The translations under genes were made by a program, and so were the position numbers. Positions 1 through 9,349 of a DNA stretch of 44,101 nt are shown here, piece after piece (positions within the stretch are counted from its first letter, which is position 1; each line of letters starts with the position of its first letter). This DNA comes from Kagunavirus BCH953P1. The stretch lies in sequence record OZ035805.1, one strand, 5' to 3'. The notes under the pieces were generated by a model. It searched no databases. It worked only from the letters and a program-made list of their open reading frames with translations, and was not told where the DNA came from.

Positions 1-29
1 GTTAAGGCTGTTAAACCGGGGGGCGAGTA

Positions 30-1265
30 ATGGATATCCCATTAACAGAACCCCAACAGGACTTTGTATTCAGTACAAAGACACACCCAGCTATTGTCGC
101 GGGACTGGGGGCGGGCAAGTCCCGCGCGGCAACGATTCGCCTTTTGTATCTTATGTTGCGCGAGCGCGGGATAAACACTCTATACACTATGCCTACGTAT
201 GACCTGTTGAAGCTGCGCGCCATCCCTGGTGTGGTTGATGACCTGAATATGATGGGGCTTAAGTACGACCTCAACAAATCGGAATACAGTATCCATGTTA
301 GGGGGTACGGTACTATGTTTTTCAGGTCATACGATAACCCGAACCGTCTAATCGCTTTTGAAGTAGCTCATTCTGTCGCGGATGAACTTGACGTTCTTAC
401 TAAAGAACAGGCGTCCCTGGTGTGGCGTAAAATTTCAGAGCGTACCCGGCAACCATGTAGGGGCGGGAACAGTATTGCCGCCGTGACTACACCTGACCAG
501 GGATTCTCTGGATTTGTGTATGACTATTGGGTTACTAACGCCGACAGTTCTACGGAACTGATTAAGGCGTCTACATTGTCGAACCCATATTTACCTGAAG
601 GCTATGTCGAACAGATACGCAGGAACTACGACGCGGCTTTGGCTGATATGTATATTAACGGTGAATTTGTCAGTTTGACGGCCAATAAGGTGTATCACTA
701 TTTCAAACGAAGCACACATGACTCCACTCGCACCTTGCAGAATGGAGACGCTCTGCATATAGGGCTGGACTTTAATATCGGCGGCTGTTGCGCCACCGTG
801 AGCGTTATCGAAGACGGCAACCCGACGGTTGTTGATGAGTTTGTCAGCCATAATACCGACGACTTCGTCAATAATGTCAGGATACGGTATTCGGGCCATA
901 CGGTTACGGTTTACCCCGACGCCTCTGGTCGCTCAGGCCACACTAACGCATCATTATCCGACATAGGTATCATCGAAAAGGCCGGCTTACGTGTTAACGC
1001 TCCAAGTAAGAACCCATTCGTTAAAGACAGAATAAACGCGGTTAACGCTCTTCTGTCGCATAGCCGTTTGAGGGTTAACACTTCAAAATGCCCTAAATTA
1101 ACGCAGTCACTGGAGACGCAGGGGTATAACGATAATGGCGAACCGGAGAAGTTTAAAACTCACCCAGCTATCGACGACTGGAACGACAGTTTAGGTTACT
1201 GTATGCATAGGTTGTTCCCTGTTGTCCGCCCTGTTATCAATACACCAGTTCGTTTCGCACTTTAA
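30..1265 (+). CDS. terminase large subunit
   Basis: 411 aa; P-loop-like AGLGAGKS near N-terminus; start ATG overlaps upstream stop (TAATG); followed directly by portal gene. Confidence 0.85.
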   Translation: MDIPLTEPQQDFVFSTKTHPAIVAGLGAGKSRAATIRLLYLMLRERGINTLYTMPTYDLLKLRAIPGVVDDLNMMGLKYDLNKSEYSIHVRGYGTMFFRSYDNPNRLIAFEVAHSVADELDVLTKEQASLVWRKISERTRQPCRGGNSIAAVTTPDQGFSGFVYDYWVTNADSSTELIKASTLSNPYLPEGYVEQIRRNYDAALADMYINGEFVSLTANKVYHYFKRSTHDSTRTLQNGDALHIGLDFNIGGCCATVSVIEDGNPTVVDEFVSHNTDDFVNNVRIRYSGHTVTVYPDASGRSGHTNASLSDIGIIEKAGLRVNAPSKNPFVKDRINAVNALLSHSRLRVNTSKCPKLTQSLETQGYNDNGEPEKFKTHPAIDDWNDSLGYCMHRLFPVVRPVINTPVRFAL

Positions 1266-1277
1266 GAGGATTATTCA

Positions 1278-2759
1278 ATGTTAACTATGAACGGTCAGAA
1301 TCAGGGTGTTAAGACAAAACACCGGGAATGGCTGCATCACTTCGATAAATGGCAGAAGGTACGCCATGCGCTGGAGGGTGACCTTATTCGCTATCTGCGC
1401 AACGTCGGGAAGAATGAGCCTGACCCGGCCTACGCAGCACAGCGCCAGGAAGAATACGAGAACGGCGCTATCTGTTACAACTTCACCAAGAGAACGCTGG
1501 CGGGGATGGTTGGTAGCGTCATGCGCAAGGACCCCGAGCAGATTATTCCGCCTGAGCTTGAGTACCTGTTACGTAATGCCGACGGTTCAGGCGTCGGGCT
1601 GTGGCAGCACGCGCAGGATACACTAATGGAGATTGACTCAGTAGGTCGTGGCGGGTTGCTGGTGGACGCCCCGGAGACAGCCGCGGCAACGGCGGCAGAG
1701 CAGAACGCTGGATTATTAAACCCGGTCATTGCATTCTATACCGCAGAGAACATCATCAACTGGCGACTGACCCGCATCGGTTCCGTTAACCGCGTGACGA
1801 TGGTTGTATTGCGCGAGGCATGGGAATACTCAGAACCGGGCGCAGAGTTCGAAACCAAGTTCGGTGAGCAATACCGCGTTCTTGATTTGATTGACGGGCG
1901 CTACCGCCAGCGCATTTACCGCTTCGACGCCGAAGGTGGTGCTCAGGGTGAAGTAATCGAAATATTCCCTGAACTTGGCGAACAGTTACGCGGCAAAATT
2001 CCGTTCACGTTCATTGGTGCAAGCAACAATGATGCAACCATCGACGACGCCCCTTTGCTGCCGTTGGCTGAGATTAATATCGGGCATTTCCGTAACAGCG
2101 CGGACAATGAGGAGTCCAGCTTCGTTGTAGGCCAGCCAACTCTGTTCATCGCCCCAGGCGAGAACATGAGCATGGAGCAGTGGAAAGAAGCCAACCCCCA
2201 CGGTGTGCGCATGGGGTCGCGTTCAGGCCATAACATTGGTTACGGCGGCAATGCGTTTCTGGTTCAGGCGGGAGAGAACAACCTGGCCAAGCAGAACATG
2301 CTGGATAAAGAGAATCAGGCCATCCAGATTGGGGCGCAGCTTATCACCCCGACGCAGCAAATCACCGCGGAATCGGCCCGCCTGCAACGTGGAGCGGATA
2401 CATCCGTTATGGCAACAATTGCACGTAACGTAAGCATGGCGTATACCGATGCGTTGCGCTGGGTAGCTGCGATGCTGGGGCTGCGTGAAGGGGTAGAGAT
2501 TGAGTTCAAGTTGAATATGGAGTTCTTCCTACAACCGATGACCGCTCAGGACCGTGCACAGTGGATGGCGGATATTAACGCTGGCCTGCTACCGGCTACC
2601 GCTTATTACGCAGCATTGCGTAAGGCGGGGGTAACTGACTGGACCGACGAGGATATTCAGAACGCTATTGAGGATGCGCCGCTGCCGTTAGGCGCGGTTA
2701 CTCAGGTAGAAGGAGATATTCCGCGGTCGGCGCAGCAACAGGACACCACTCAGCAGTAA
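1278..2759 (+). CDS. portal protein
   Basis: 493 aa ORF immediately after TerL; AGAGGA SD 7 nt upstream of ATG; size and position typical of portal. Confidence 0.75.
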   Translation: MLTMNGQNQGVKTKHREWLHHFDKWQKVRHALEGDLIRYLRNVGKNEPDPAYAAQRQEEYENGAICYNFTKRTLAGMVGSVMRKDPEQIIPPELEYLLRNADGSGVGLWQHAQDTLMEIDSVGRGGLLVDAPETAAATAAEQNAGLLNPVIAFYTAENIINWRLTRIGSVNRVTMVVLREAWEYSEPGAEFETKFGEQYRVLDLIDGRYRQRIYRFDAEGGAQGEVIEIFPELGEQLRGKIPFTFIGASNNDATIDDAPLLPLAEINIGHFRNSADNEESSFVVGQPTLFIAPGENMSMEQWKEANPHGVRMGSRSGHNIGYGGNAFLVQAGENNLAKQNMLDKENQAIQIGAQLITPTQQITAESARLQRGADTSVMATIARNVSMAYTDALRWVAAMLGLREGVEIEFKLNMEFFLQPMTAQDRAQWMADINAGLLPATAYYAALRKAGVTDWTDEDIQNAIEDAPLPLGAVTQVEGDIPRSAQQQDTTQQ

Positions 2760-2795
2760 GTTCACCTATAGCCCCGAAAGGGGCTTTCTTATAGT

Positions 2796-3872
2796 ATGCT
2801 ATTAACTTTAGCGCCACAGGGTTTATCTATGAGATTACTTACATCCCTAATCAGCCACCAGATTTGGCTGCAACGCACCGCATCGGGCGAAGTGAAAGAC
2901 CTTGCGCCTTTCATTAAGGAGATGCGGGACGAAATCAAACGGCAGGTGCTGCTGTTCGGTGACGATGGGCGTAGCACCGCGCGACTGAATAAACTGTTAC
3001 GCGACCTGGAAGAAGCACTGAGCGGACTTACGGGCGACTGGCAAACAAAGCTGACGGAAGACCTTAAGGAACTGGCGGAGTATGAAGCAGAGTGGAACGT
3101 AAAAACGCTGACGGCTAACGTTAACGCGGAATTTGTTACACCCGCCGCCGAGCAGGTGTGGTCCGCTGCCGAGTTTCAGCCTCTGTCGCTAAGCGACAAG
3201 CCTGTCGATTTCACCAAGCTGATGTCGGACTGGGGTGAAACGGAGGTTGCGCGCCTGGTAACTGGTGTTAAGATGGGTTTCGTACAAGGGCAAACCACAC
3301 GGCAGATTGTTAAGAATGTTGTAGGCGCTGGCGGACTGGCCGACATCTCAGAACGTAACGCAGCTACCGTAATCCGCACCGCGCTGTCGCACGTATCCAA
3401 CGAAGCCCGTAACGAGACGTACCGCCAGAACGACGACATCATCGAGAAATACGAATGGGTATCAACGCTGGACAGCCGTACCAGTACGATTTGCAGAGCC
3501 AGAGACGGAATGACGTGGGAAATCGGTAAAGGGCCGATGCCCCCCGCCCATCCGAACTGTCGATCGTGCACGGCACCGGTAATCAGTTCAGAGTTCGATT
3601 TCCTGGATAAAGGCGCGAAACGCGCAGCTAAGGGCGCAGAAGGTGGTACTCAGGTAAGCGCAGACACCACTTACTACGAGTTCCTGAAACAACAACCGGC
3701 ATGGTTTCAGGACCAGGCTCTCGGGCCAACCCGCGGTAAGATTTTCCGCAACAGCGGTATATCGCCGGAGGAGTTTCGCGTAATATCTGTAGATGGTTTC
3801 GGGAATCCGCTCACGCTTAAGCAGATGGCGGAACTCGATAAACGTGTTGCTGATTATCTGAAAGGGGAATAA
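2796..3872 (+). CDS. head morphogenesis protein (Mu F / SPP1 gp7-like)
   Basis: 358 aa; motif region WVSTLDSRTSTICRARDG...HPNCRC typical of F-like minor head proteins; start uncertain (hairpin 2770-2785 just upstream, alternative ATG 2829). Confidence 0.7.
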   Translation: MLLTLAPQGLSMRLLTSLISHQIWLQRTASGEVKDLAPFIKEMRDEIKRQVLLFGDDGRSTARLNKLLRDLEEALSGLTGDWQTKLTEDLKELAEYEAEWNVKTLTANVNAEFVTPAAEQVWSAAEFQPLSLSDKPVDFTKLMSDWGETEVARLVTGVKMGFVQGQTTRQIVKNVVGAGGLADISERNAATVIRTALSHVSNEARNETYRQNDDIIEKYEWVSTLDSRTSTICRARDGMTWEIGKGPMPPAHPNCRSCTAPVISSEFDFLDKGAKRAAKGAEGGTQVSADTTYYEFLKQQPAWFQDQALGPTRGKIFRNSGISPEEFRVISVDGFGNPLTLKQMAELDKRVADYLKGE

Positions 3873-3955
3873 TGATGGGCTTTTTCAAAGTAACTGATTC
3901 CTAAGGGTAGAGGCGGTAAGCAAGGCGGCGAAGGTTACTAAGCCAGAATGATATG

Positions 3956-3985
3956 AGGCCCCGTTAAGGGGCCTTAGTTTTATTT
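3956..3985 (+). terminator. rho-independent terminator
   Basis: stem AGGCCCC / GGGGCCT with 5-nt loop followed by TAGTTTTATTT. Confidence 0.6.
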
Positions 3986-4201
3986 AAAGAATATCGCGAA
4001 CTTCTTGTAACCCGCTGGCTCGTTGCGCTGACCATGTTCGATAGCAAAACGTTGAACGTTGTTAAAATCGTTCTCTTCCATACCGTCGGTGCAAAAGGTA
4101 AAAAAAAAGTTACGTTTGTTTCCGATAAGCACACGGCTCGCAACATCAATGCTGTAAAGTTCTTCGATAGCGCGTACCACGTTTGCAGTAGCTTTGTTCA
4201 T
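3980..4201 (-). CDS. hypothetical protein (antisense insertion in head module)
   Basis: 73 aa ORF opposite to flanking genes; AGGA SD 8 nt upstream; own upstream promoter repeat; contains T9 homopolymer encoding FFF. Confidence 0.5.
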   Translation of the reverse strand: MNKATANVVRAIEELYSIDVASRVLIGNKRNFFFTFCTDGMEENDFNNVQRFAIEHGQRNEPAGYKKFAIFFK

Positions 4202-4236
4202 TTCTAAATTCCTTATCTCTCGTTTCGATGTAATGA

Positions 4237-4265
4237 ATAGTACCCTATTATATTGGGGTGCGCAA
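4237..4265 (-). promoter_or_regulatory. promoter-like element TTGCGC-17-TACTAT with AATAG-N4-CTATT palindrome
   Basis: part of 32-bp exact repeat (4234-4265 = 13779-13810) placed about 35 bp upstream of minus-strand gene start at 4201. Confidence 0.45.
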
Positions 4266-4540
4266 ACTGTTTATTCACCTATTTCAGTTATTCCACTTGA
4301 TTGTAAATGTCGGAATAAACTATTCGAATAGTTGACTTTTCACTGAAAATATGATAAGCTCCACCTGAGCTTGTGAAGTATGAACAAGCGACCGCGGCGC
4401 GGGCAGGTAACGGAGCTGGACGTAAGTCCTGAGTGTAGTTACGCTGACGCGTTCGGAAGGGTCATACTATATTGCTTGTGTAAAAAGTAACTGGTTTACT
4501 GAGATTACGCCGTTTCTATGTTTAAATGATAAGGACTAGC

Positions 4541-4568
4541 GCCCCGCTTTACGGCGGGGCTTTACTTA
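4541..4568 (+). terminator. rho-independent terminator
   Basis: stem GCCCCGC / GCGGGGC, 6-nt loop, then TTTACTT; lies just upstream of the spanin RBS. Confidence 0.55.
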
Positions 4569-4584
4569 TCGAGAAAGGAGAAAC

Positions 4585-4971
4585 ATGAATCTTAAAGCAA
4601 CTGTCGTAGCAGGAGCATGTTTCATCGTCCTGGCTTACGCACACGGCATCTACCAGTATCGCAGCGGCTGGAACGAAGGCCGGGCGAATCTCGTTTCGCA
4701 GCAACAGCAGAAGGCGCAGGCTGAGTTAGCGAAGAAAACACAACGGCAGCAGCAGGACGAATCAAAGGCTGCCGCTGCTGACAACGAAGGCAAGACGAAA
4801 TCAGAGGTGATTACCCGTGAAGTCGTTAAGTACATTAAAACGCCTGGCCGCAGCGTGTGCACTTTTGACCCTGAGCGCGTGCAGCTCAAGTCCCGCGCCG
4901 TCGCAAACGCAAATTCCATCCCCGGATACGACGATGATGCAGCCACCGTGCAAACTGGCACCGCCAAGTAG
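4585..4971 (+). CDS. i-spanin (Rz-like)
   Basis: 128 aa; N-terminal TM segment (VVAGACFIVLAYAHGI) then Q/A/K-rich helical region; o-spanin gene begins inside its 3' end in another frame. Confidence 0.8.
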   Translation: MNLKATVVAGACFIVLAYAHGIYQYRSGWNEGRANLVSQQQQKAQAELAKKTQRQQQDESKAAAADNEGKTKSEVITREVVKYIKTPGRSVCTFDPERVQLKSRAVANANSIPGYDDDAATVQTGTAK

Positions 4972-5080
4972 CGACGCTGACGAGGATTTGGCTATCGACG
5001 TTCAGAATGCCGAATGTGTACGGCAATTGAGACTGAAAGTGTTCATGTTGCAGGATTACGTGAGGAATATTCTGGAATAG
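4817..5080 (+). CDS. o-spanin (Rz1-like outer membrane lipoprotein)
   Basis: 87 aa; lipoprotein signal with lipobox LSAC; proline-rich mature part; overlaps i-spanin out of frame. Confidence 0.8.
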   Translation: MKSLSTLKRLAAACALLTLSACSSSPAPSQTQIPSPDTTMMQPPCKLAPPSSDADEDLAIDVQNAECVRQLRLKVFMLQDYVRNILE

Positions 5081-5162
5081 TTGCCTTGCATGTTGGAATA
5101 ATTTATTCTTGACATGTAAATCCGGGTGGCCCGGATTCCAACGTCCAGGGGACATACTGACT

Positions 5163-5864
5163 ATGAATCGTTTTTTACGTTATCCGTTCCAGGAAGAAGC
5201 TGGAGCAGAAGATAAATCTGGCGGCGGTGACGCGCCGAAAATGTTCACCGCTGAAGAAGTTCAGGCGCTGATTGAGAAAGAAGTCGCCGGACTTAAGGCC
5301 AATCAGGAAGCGTTGCTGGCGGAGAAGAAAGAAGCCGCCCGTAAAGCAAAAGAGGCCGAAGAAGAACGGCAGCGCGCACACCAGGAGGCGTTAAAAGCCG
5401 CTGGTAAAATGGACGAGTTCGAAAAGACTATTCGTAGCCAGTATGACCCGGTGTTAGCTGAGAAAGATGGTCGCATCTCCAGAATGGCAGAGCGCATCCT
5501 CGGCAGCGAACGTAAAGCAGTGTTAGGCTCTTTCGCAGGTGACTTCATCACCCCGGAAGCAGTGGACATTCTTGCGCCGTTCGTTAAAACTGAGTTTGAA
5601 GGCGATGATGTGGTTACTAAGTTTGTTGGCGCAGACGGTAATGTAATCACGACTGACCCTGAACAGTTCCGCAAATACCTGCGCGAACATAAAGCGTTTT
5701 CGCATTTGATTAAAGCAAATGCAGCTTCCGGCGGCGGGGCTTCCGGTAGCAAAGGCGGCGGGGCCGCACCAGCGTTTAAAGACATGAGTGAAGCGGAGCG
5801 TTTAGCTCTGTATAAATCGAACCCTGCCGAATTTGAACGGCAACTTAAAGCCCTGAGGAAATAA
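5163..5864 (+). CDS. head scaffolding protein (putative)
   Basis: A/E/K-rich helical protein directly upstream of the major capsid gene; first ATG of the ORF (the longer ORF starts with TTG at 5109). Confidence 0.55.
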   Translation: MNRFLRYPFQEEAGAEDKSGGGDAPKMFTAEEVQALIEKEVAGLKANQEALLAEKKEAARKAKEAEEERQRAHQEALKAAGKMDEFEKTIRSQYDPVLAEKDGRISRMAERILGSERKAVLGSFAGDFITPEAVDILAPFVKTEFEGDDVVTKFVGADGNVITTDPEQFRKYLREHKAFSHLIKANAASGGGASGSKGGGAAPAFKDMSEAERLALYKSNPAEFERQLKALRK

Positions 5865-5866
5865 TA

Positions 5867-6916
5867 ATGGCAATTACCACTATCGGCGATATCGTAACTG
5901 GCAACATCCCGGTCCTGGCGTCTTATATGACCGAGGACCCGGTAGAAAAAACCGCGTTCTTCCAGTCCGGTATTCTGACCCCGACTCCGTACGCCGCTGA
6001 GATTGCCCGCGGCCCGTCAAACATCGCTAATATTCCTTTCTGGAAAGCGATTGATACGTCTATCGAACCTAACTACTCGAACGACGTATACCAGGACATC
6101 GCAACCCCTCGTAACGTGCAGACCGGTGAGATGATGGCGCGCGTAGCGTACCTGAACGAAGGTTTCGGCCAGGCGGACCTGACCGCTGAACTGACCAGTC
6201 AGAATCCGCTGCAATCTGTGGCTTCTCGCCTGGATAACTTCTGGCAGCGTCAGGCACAACGCCGTCTGATTGCCACCGCGCTCGGTCTGTACAACGACAA
6301 CGTAGCCGCTACCGATGAATACCATACGCGGAACGATATGGTTATCGACGTGTCTGATTCTCTGGGCTTCGACGCTGGCGCATTCATCGACGCTACCCAG
6401 ACTATGGGCGATGCGCTGATGGGCAACGGCGGTGAAGTGCTGGGCGCTATCGCGATGCACAGCTTCGTTTATGCGCAGGCGCGTAAGCAGCAACTTATCG
6501 ACTTCATCAAAGACGCCGACAACGACACCTTGTTCGCCACCTACCAGGGCTACCGTGTGATTGTTGATGACAGCATGACTGTGGTCGGAACTGACCTGAG
6601 CCGTAAGTTCATCTCCATCATCTTCGGCAACGGAGCTATCGGTTACGGTGAAGGCAATCCGTCTAACCCGCTGGAATACGAACGCGAAGCGTCTCGTGGT
6701 AACGGCGGCGGCGTCGAAACCCTGTGGACCCGTAAGACCTGGCTGCTGCATCCATTCGGCTACAGCTTCACCAGTGCAGTAATCACCGGCAACGGCACCG
6801 AGACGGTCGCACGCTCCGCTTCCTGGCAGGACCTGGCGAACGCCTCTAACTGGAACCGCGTTGTTGAGCGTAAGCACGTACCGATTGCCTTCCTGGTAAC
6901 TGGTGTAGGAGCTTAA
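5867..6916 (+). CDS. major capsid protein
   Basis: 349 aa; GAGGAA SD; follows scaffold-like gene; strong terminator immediately downstream. Confidence 0.8.
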   Translation: MAITTIGDIVTGNIPVLASYMTEDPVEKTAFFQSGILTPTPYAAEIARGPSNIANIPFWKAIDTSIEPNYSNDVYQDIATPRNVQTGEMMARVAYLNEGFGQADLTAELTSQNPLQSVASRLDNFWQRQAQRRLIATALGLYNDNVAATDEYHTRNDMVIDVSDSLGFDAGAFIDATQTMGDALMGNGGEVLGAIAMHSFVYAQARKQQLIDFIKDADNDTLFATYQGYRVIVDDSMTVVGTDLSRKFISIIFGNGAIGYGEGNPSNPLEYEREASRGNGGGVETLWTRKTWLLHPFGYSFTSAVITGNGTETVARSASWQDLANASNWNRVVERKHVPIAFLVTGVGA

Positions 6917-6931
6917 GGTTAAGATATAATC

Positions 6932-6960
6932 GAGAGGGACTTCGGTCCCTCTTTTCATTT
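6932..6960 (+). terminator. rho-independent terminator
   Basis: stem AGAGGGAC / GTCCCTCT with TTCG loop followed by TTTCATTT. Confidence 0.7.
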
Positions 6961-6975
6961 ACTAAGAGGTAAACT

Positions 6976-7275
6976 ATGGCTAAGACCGGAAAAGGCTTAC
7001 CGCGCAGCCTTCATAATACCGACTTCAGCGACCTGGATATCCCAGTCACGCCAGCTACTACCAGCGTAGTTGGAGGGGTTAAAAAGTCAGCTACTGTGGC
7101 TGCACCCGCGGCCATTACCGCCGCCGCCGGGGCGCAGTCCGCTGCGGATCCGACTAAAGCCGAGTTCGATGCGCTTGTAGCGGAGTACAACAAACTTCTA
7201 ACTGATGTTACCGCGCTGCGCACTACCGTAGCAAATCTGTTGACTGCGCTTAAAAACGCAGGAACTGTAAGCTAA
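6976..7275 (+). CDS. hypothetical structural protein (Ala-rich)
   Basis: 99 aa ORF in head gene block; good spacing to neighbours. Confidence 0.5.
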   Translation: MAKTGKGLPRSLHNTDFSDLDIPVTPATTSVVGGVKKSATVAAPAAITAAAGAQSAADPTKAEFDALVAEYNKLLTDVTALRTTVANLLTALKNAGTVS

Positions 7276-7287
7276 AGGAGCTTAAAA

Positions 7288-7641
7288 ATGGTTGATGTAA
7301 TCAAACGTCGCGTTACTGGCGTCTCTGACGACTCCCCGGCCGATGGTCAGGTAGAAATCGATATGGCAAATATCTCGCCAGCATCTTTTTCTACCCCACT
7401 CAATGCTACCACCACTGTTAGTGCACCCGCCGCATTGACGCTTACCGTTGAGGCAACTGGCGGGATGGCACCTTATTCCTACCAGTGGTTCAAGGATAAC
7501 AACGCCATTGCAGGCGCTACCTCAGCTACGTACACCAAAGCCACCACTGTCGCGTCTGTCGATTCAGGCACGTATAAAGTGGTTGTTCACGATGTGTATG
7601 GTAATATTATCTCCAGTAGCACTGTAGCAACTGTATCTTAA
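7288..7641 (+). CDS. Ig-like domain protein (possible head decoration)
   Basis: 117 aa; Ig-like signature YSYQWFKDN...DSGTYKVVVHDVYGN. Confidence 0.65.
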   Translation: MVDVIKRRVTGVSDDSPADGQVEIDMANISPASFSTPLNATTTVSAPAALTLTVEATGGMAPYSYQWFKDNNAIAGATSATYTKATTVASVDSGTYKVVVHDVYGNIISSSTVATVS

Positions 7642-7677
7642 TACAACGGCCCTTCGGGGCCGTAATAAGGAAAGGTC

Positions 7678-7857
7678 ATGGCAGATAATTATGTAATCCG
7701 CGAAAAGTACACCCACGTTGATATTGTTGACGGTCAGGTGATGCCTGTTCGCGGTGTGGTAGAGGCGGATGAACTGGTCGCTACTCAACCGGACAACGAA
7801 GAAGCGCACAACAACGGCGGTGGTACTAAGCGGCGCCGCCGTAAGTCAGAGGAATAA
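7678..7857 (+). CDS. hypothetical small protein
   Basis: 59 aa ORF (below the 60-aa track cutoff); AAGGAAAGG SD; fills the gap between flanking genes. Confidence 0.4.
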   Translation: MADNYVIREKYTHVDIVDGQVMPVRGVVEADELVATQPDNEEAHNNGGGTKRRRRKSEE

Positions 7858-7860
7858 TTT

Positions 7861-8373
7861 ATGCCGCTAATCGTGGAAGATGGGTCGATAGTACCTAACG
7901 CTGACAGTTACGTTAGTCTGGCTGACGCCCGCGCGTTAGCGGCTAAATACGGCCTTGAGCTGCCGGCGGATGATACCGCCGCCGAAGTTGCCTTACGTAA
8001 CGGTGCTACTTATGTCGGGCTTGCAGAACCGCAGATGTGCGGTCGTCGTGTATCCGCCGAACAGTCCCTTGCATACCCTCGCACTGGCGTAACGTTAAAC
8101 GGGTTCCCTGTAGCGAACAATGTCATTCCGAAACAGGTAATTCTTGCGCAGGTAATCGCTGCCGCTACATATGGTACGGGTGCAGAAGTGCGGGCCAACT
8201 CGGACGGTCGTTCCGTGCAGACTGAGCGTGTCGAGGGTGCAGTGACCGTTACGTACTTCAACAACGGCAACAGTGGCGCTACAACCGCGATTACCGCGGC
8301 GGACGACGCCCTACGCCCGTTACTGTGTGGTGGTCTTAACAATGGCTTCTCGTTTAACGTGTACCGGGGTTAA
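7861..8373 (+). CDS. head-tail connector / adaptor protein (putative)
   Basis: 170 aa; position after capsid genes; N-terminal ADSYVSLADARA pattern resembles gp6-like connector proteins. Confidence 0.5.
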   Translation: MPLIVEDGSIVPNADSYVSLADARALAAKYGLELPADDTAAEVALRNGATYVGLAEPQMCGRRVSAEQSLAYPRTGVTLNGFPVANNVIPKQVILAQVIAAATYGTGAEVRANSDGRSVQTERVEGAVTVTYFNNGNSGATTAITAADDALRPLLCGGLNNGFSFNVYRG

Positions 8374-8375
8374 AA

Positions 8376-8990
8376 ATGGCTAAGACTAAAACAGAGATGT
8401 TTACCCTTATCGGTGCGAATCTTCCGGATAACACCGCCGGAGCTATTACACCTGCGAAGCTACGCGAAGTAATGACCCAGATGGCGGATTCGCCTATTTA
8501 CGCCACTCCCGGTGTTAAAGAGGTTGAAGTTCTCCGCGCTGCGTCGACAGTAACACAAGCGCCTACCGCAGTAGATACAGCATTGCAGGTATCGTTCGGC
8601 TCTGCTCAGGGAAGCGCATCTGACCCGGTAATGATTAATGCTGCAGGGCTTGTTACGTTCAACACCGCAGGTAACTATGCTGTTCGCATCAAGTTACAGG
8701 CTGGGCGCACAGGGGCCAGCGGCACATCCATCCTTTTATCGCGCATTCTTCTGAACGGTTCTCAGTACGGGTCACCCGCAGCTACTAAACTGGTAAGCGC
8801 CGATATTACAATCCCGATTGAGTCTCGCGTAGTTATTAACCCGACCGCAGGCCAGACGTTTGCCGTTCAGATTATGCGGGATAGCGCCGGGAGTGACTTT
8901 GGCGGCGTATATCCGCAAGCGGCTACTGTAACTGCATGGGGTACAGCGCCTTCTGCGCTACTGGTTATCTCGAGACTGGAGGCCGCGTAA
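8376..8990 (+). CDS. hypothetical structural protein
   Basis: 204 aa ORF tightly packed in structural operon. Confidence 0.5.
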   Translation: MAKTKTEMFTLIGANLPDNTAGAITPAKLREVMTQMADSPIYATPGVKEVEVLRAASTVTQAPTAVDTALQVSFGSAQGSASDPVMINAAGLVTFNTAGNYAVRIKLQAGRTGASGTSILLSRILLNGSQYGSPAATKLVSADITIPIESRVVINPTAGQTFAVQIMRDSAGSDFGGVYPQAATVTAWGTAPSALLVISRLEAA

Positions 8991-9349
8991 TGGGTACAGC
9001 TTTCAGCAAACGTATGCAAGGCGTGGGCACGCGCCTGCTAACCAAATTTGGTAGCACGGTATCTCTGATTCGCGCCGGCTCGAAAGTATGGGATGAAGTT
9101 CTCGGCGAGTACGTCTGGTCCGCGGATGAAGTGTTGCCGTTGAAGGCCGTTCCGGTTCCGGTAAACGCGGGACTGGTAAACGGTACGACGATTCAGGCTG
9201 GTGACATGATTGTTAAAGCCAATCACAGCGTCGTTCCGAAGATGGAAGACAAGGTGCAATTCGGAGGCGAGCAATGGTCTGTCGTAGCCATCGAGAAGAA
9301 GATGGTTAACGATGATGTCGTGGCATACTTTATCCAGGTGAGAAAATGA
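8990..9349 (+). CDS. head-tail joining protein (putative)
   Basis: 119 aa; ATG overlaps upstream stop; GGAGG SD 8 nt upstream. Confidence 0.5.
   Translation: MGTAFSKRMQGVGTRLLTKFGSTVSLIRAGSKVWDEVLGEYVWSADEVLPLKAVPVPVNAGLVNGTTIQAGDMIVKANHSVVPKMEDKVQFGGEQWSVVAIEKKMVNDDVVAYFIQVRK

Noticed and set aside
1306-2509. Several 60-110 aa ORFs in alternative frames inside the portal gene
   Set aside because: Embedded in a well-supported long ORF; no independent signals
5122-5138. Inverted repeat TCCGGGTGGCCCGGA after a TTGACA hexamer
   Set aside because: No -10 element at proper spacing and no T-tract; could be a stem-loop in the scaffold leader but not callable as promoter or terminator
6017-6958. 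313-aa minus-strand ORF
   Set aside because: Lies entirely antisense within the major capsid gene; no RBS or promoter context; typical shadow ORF
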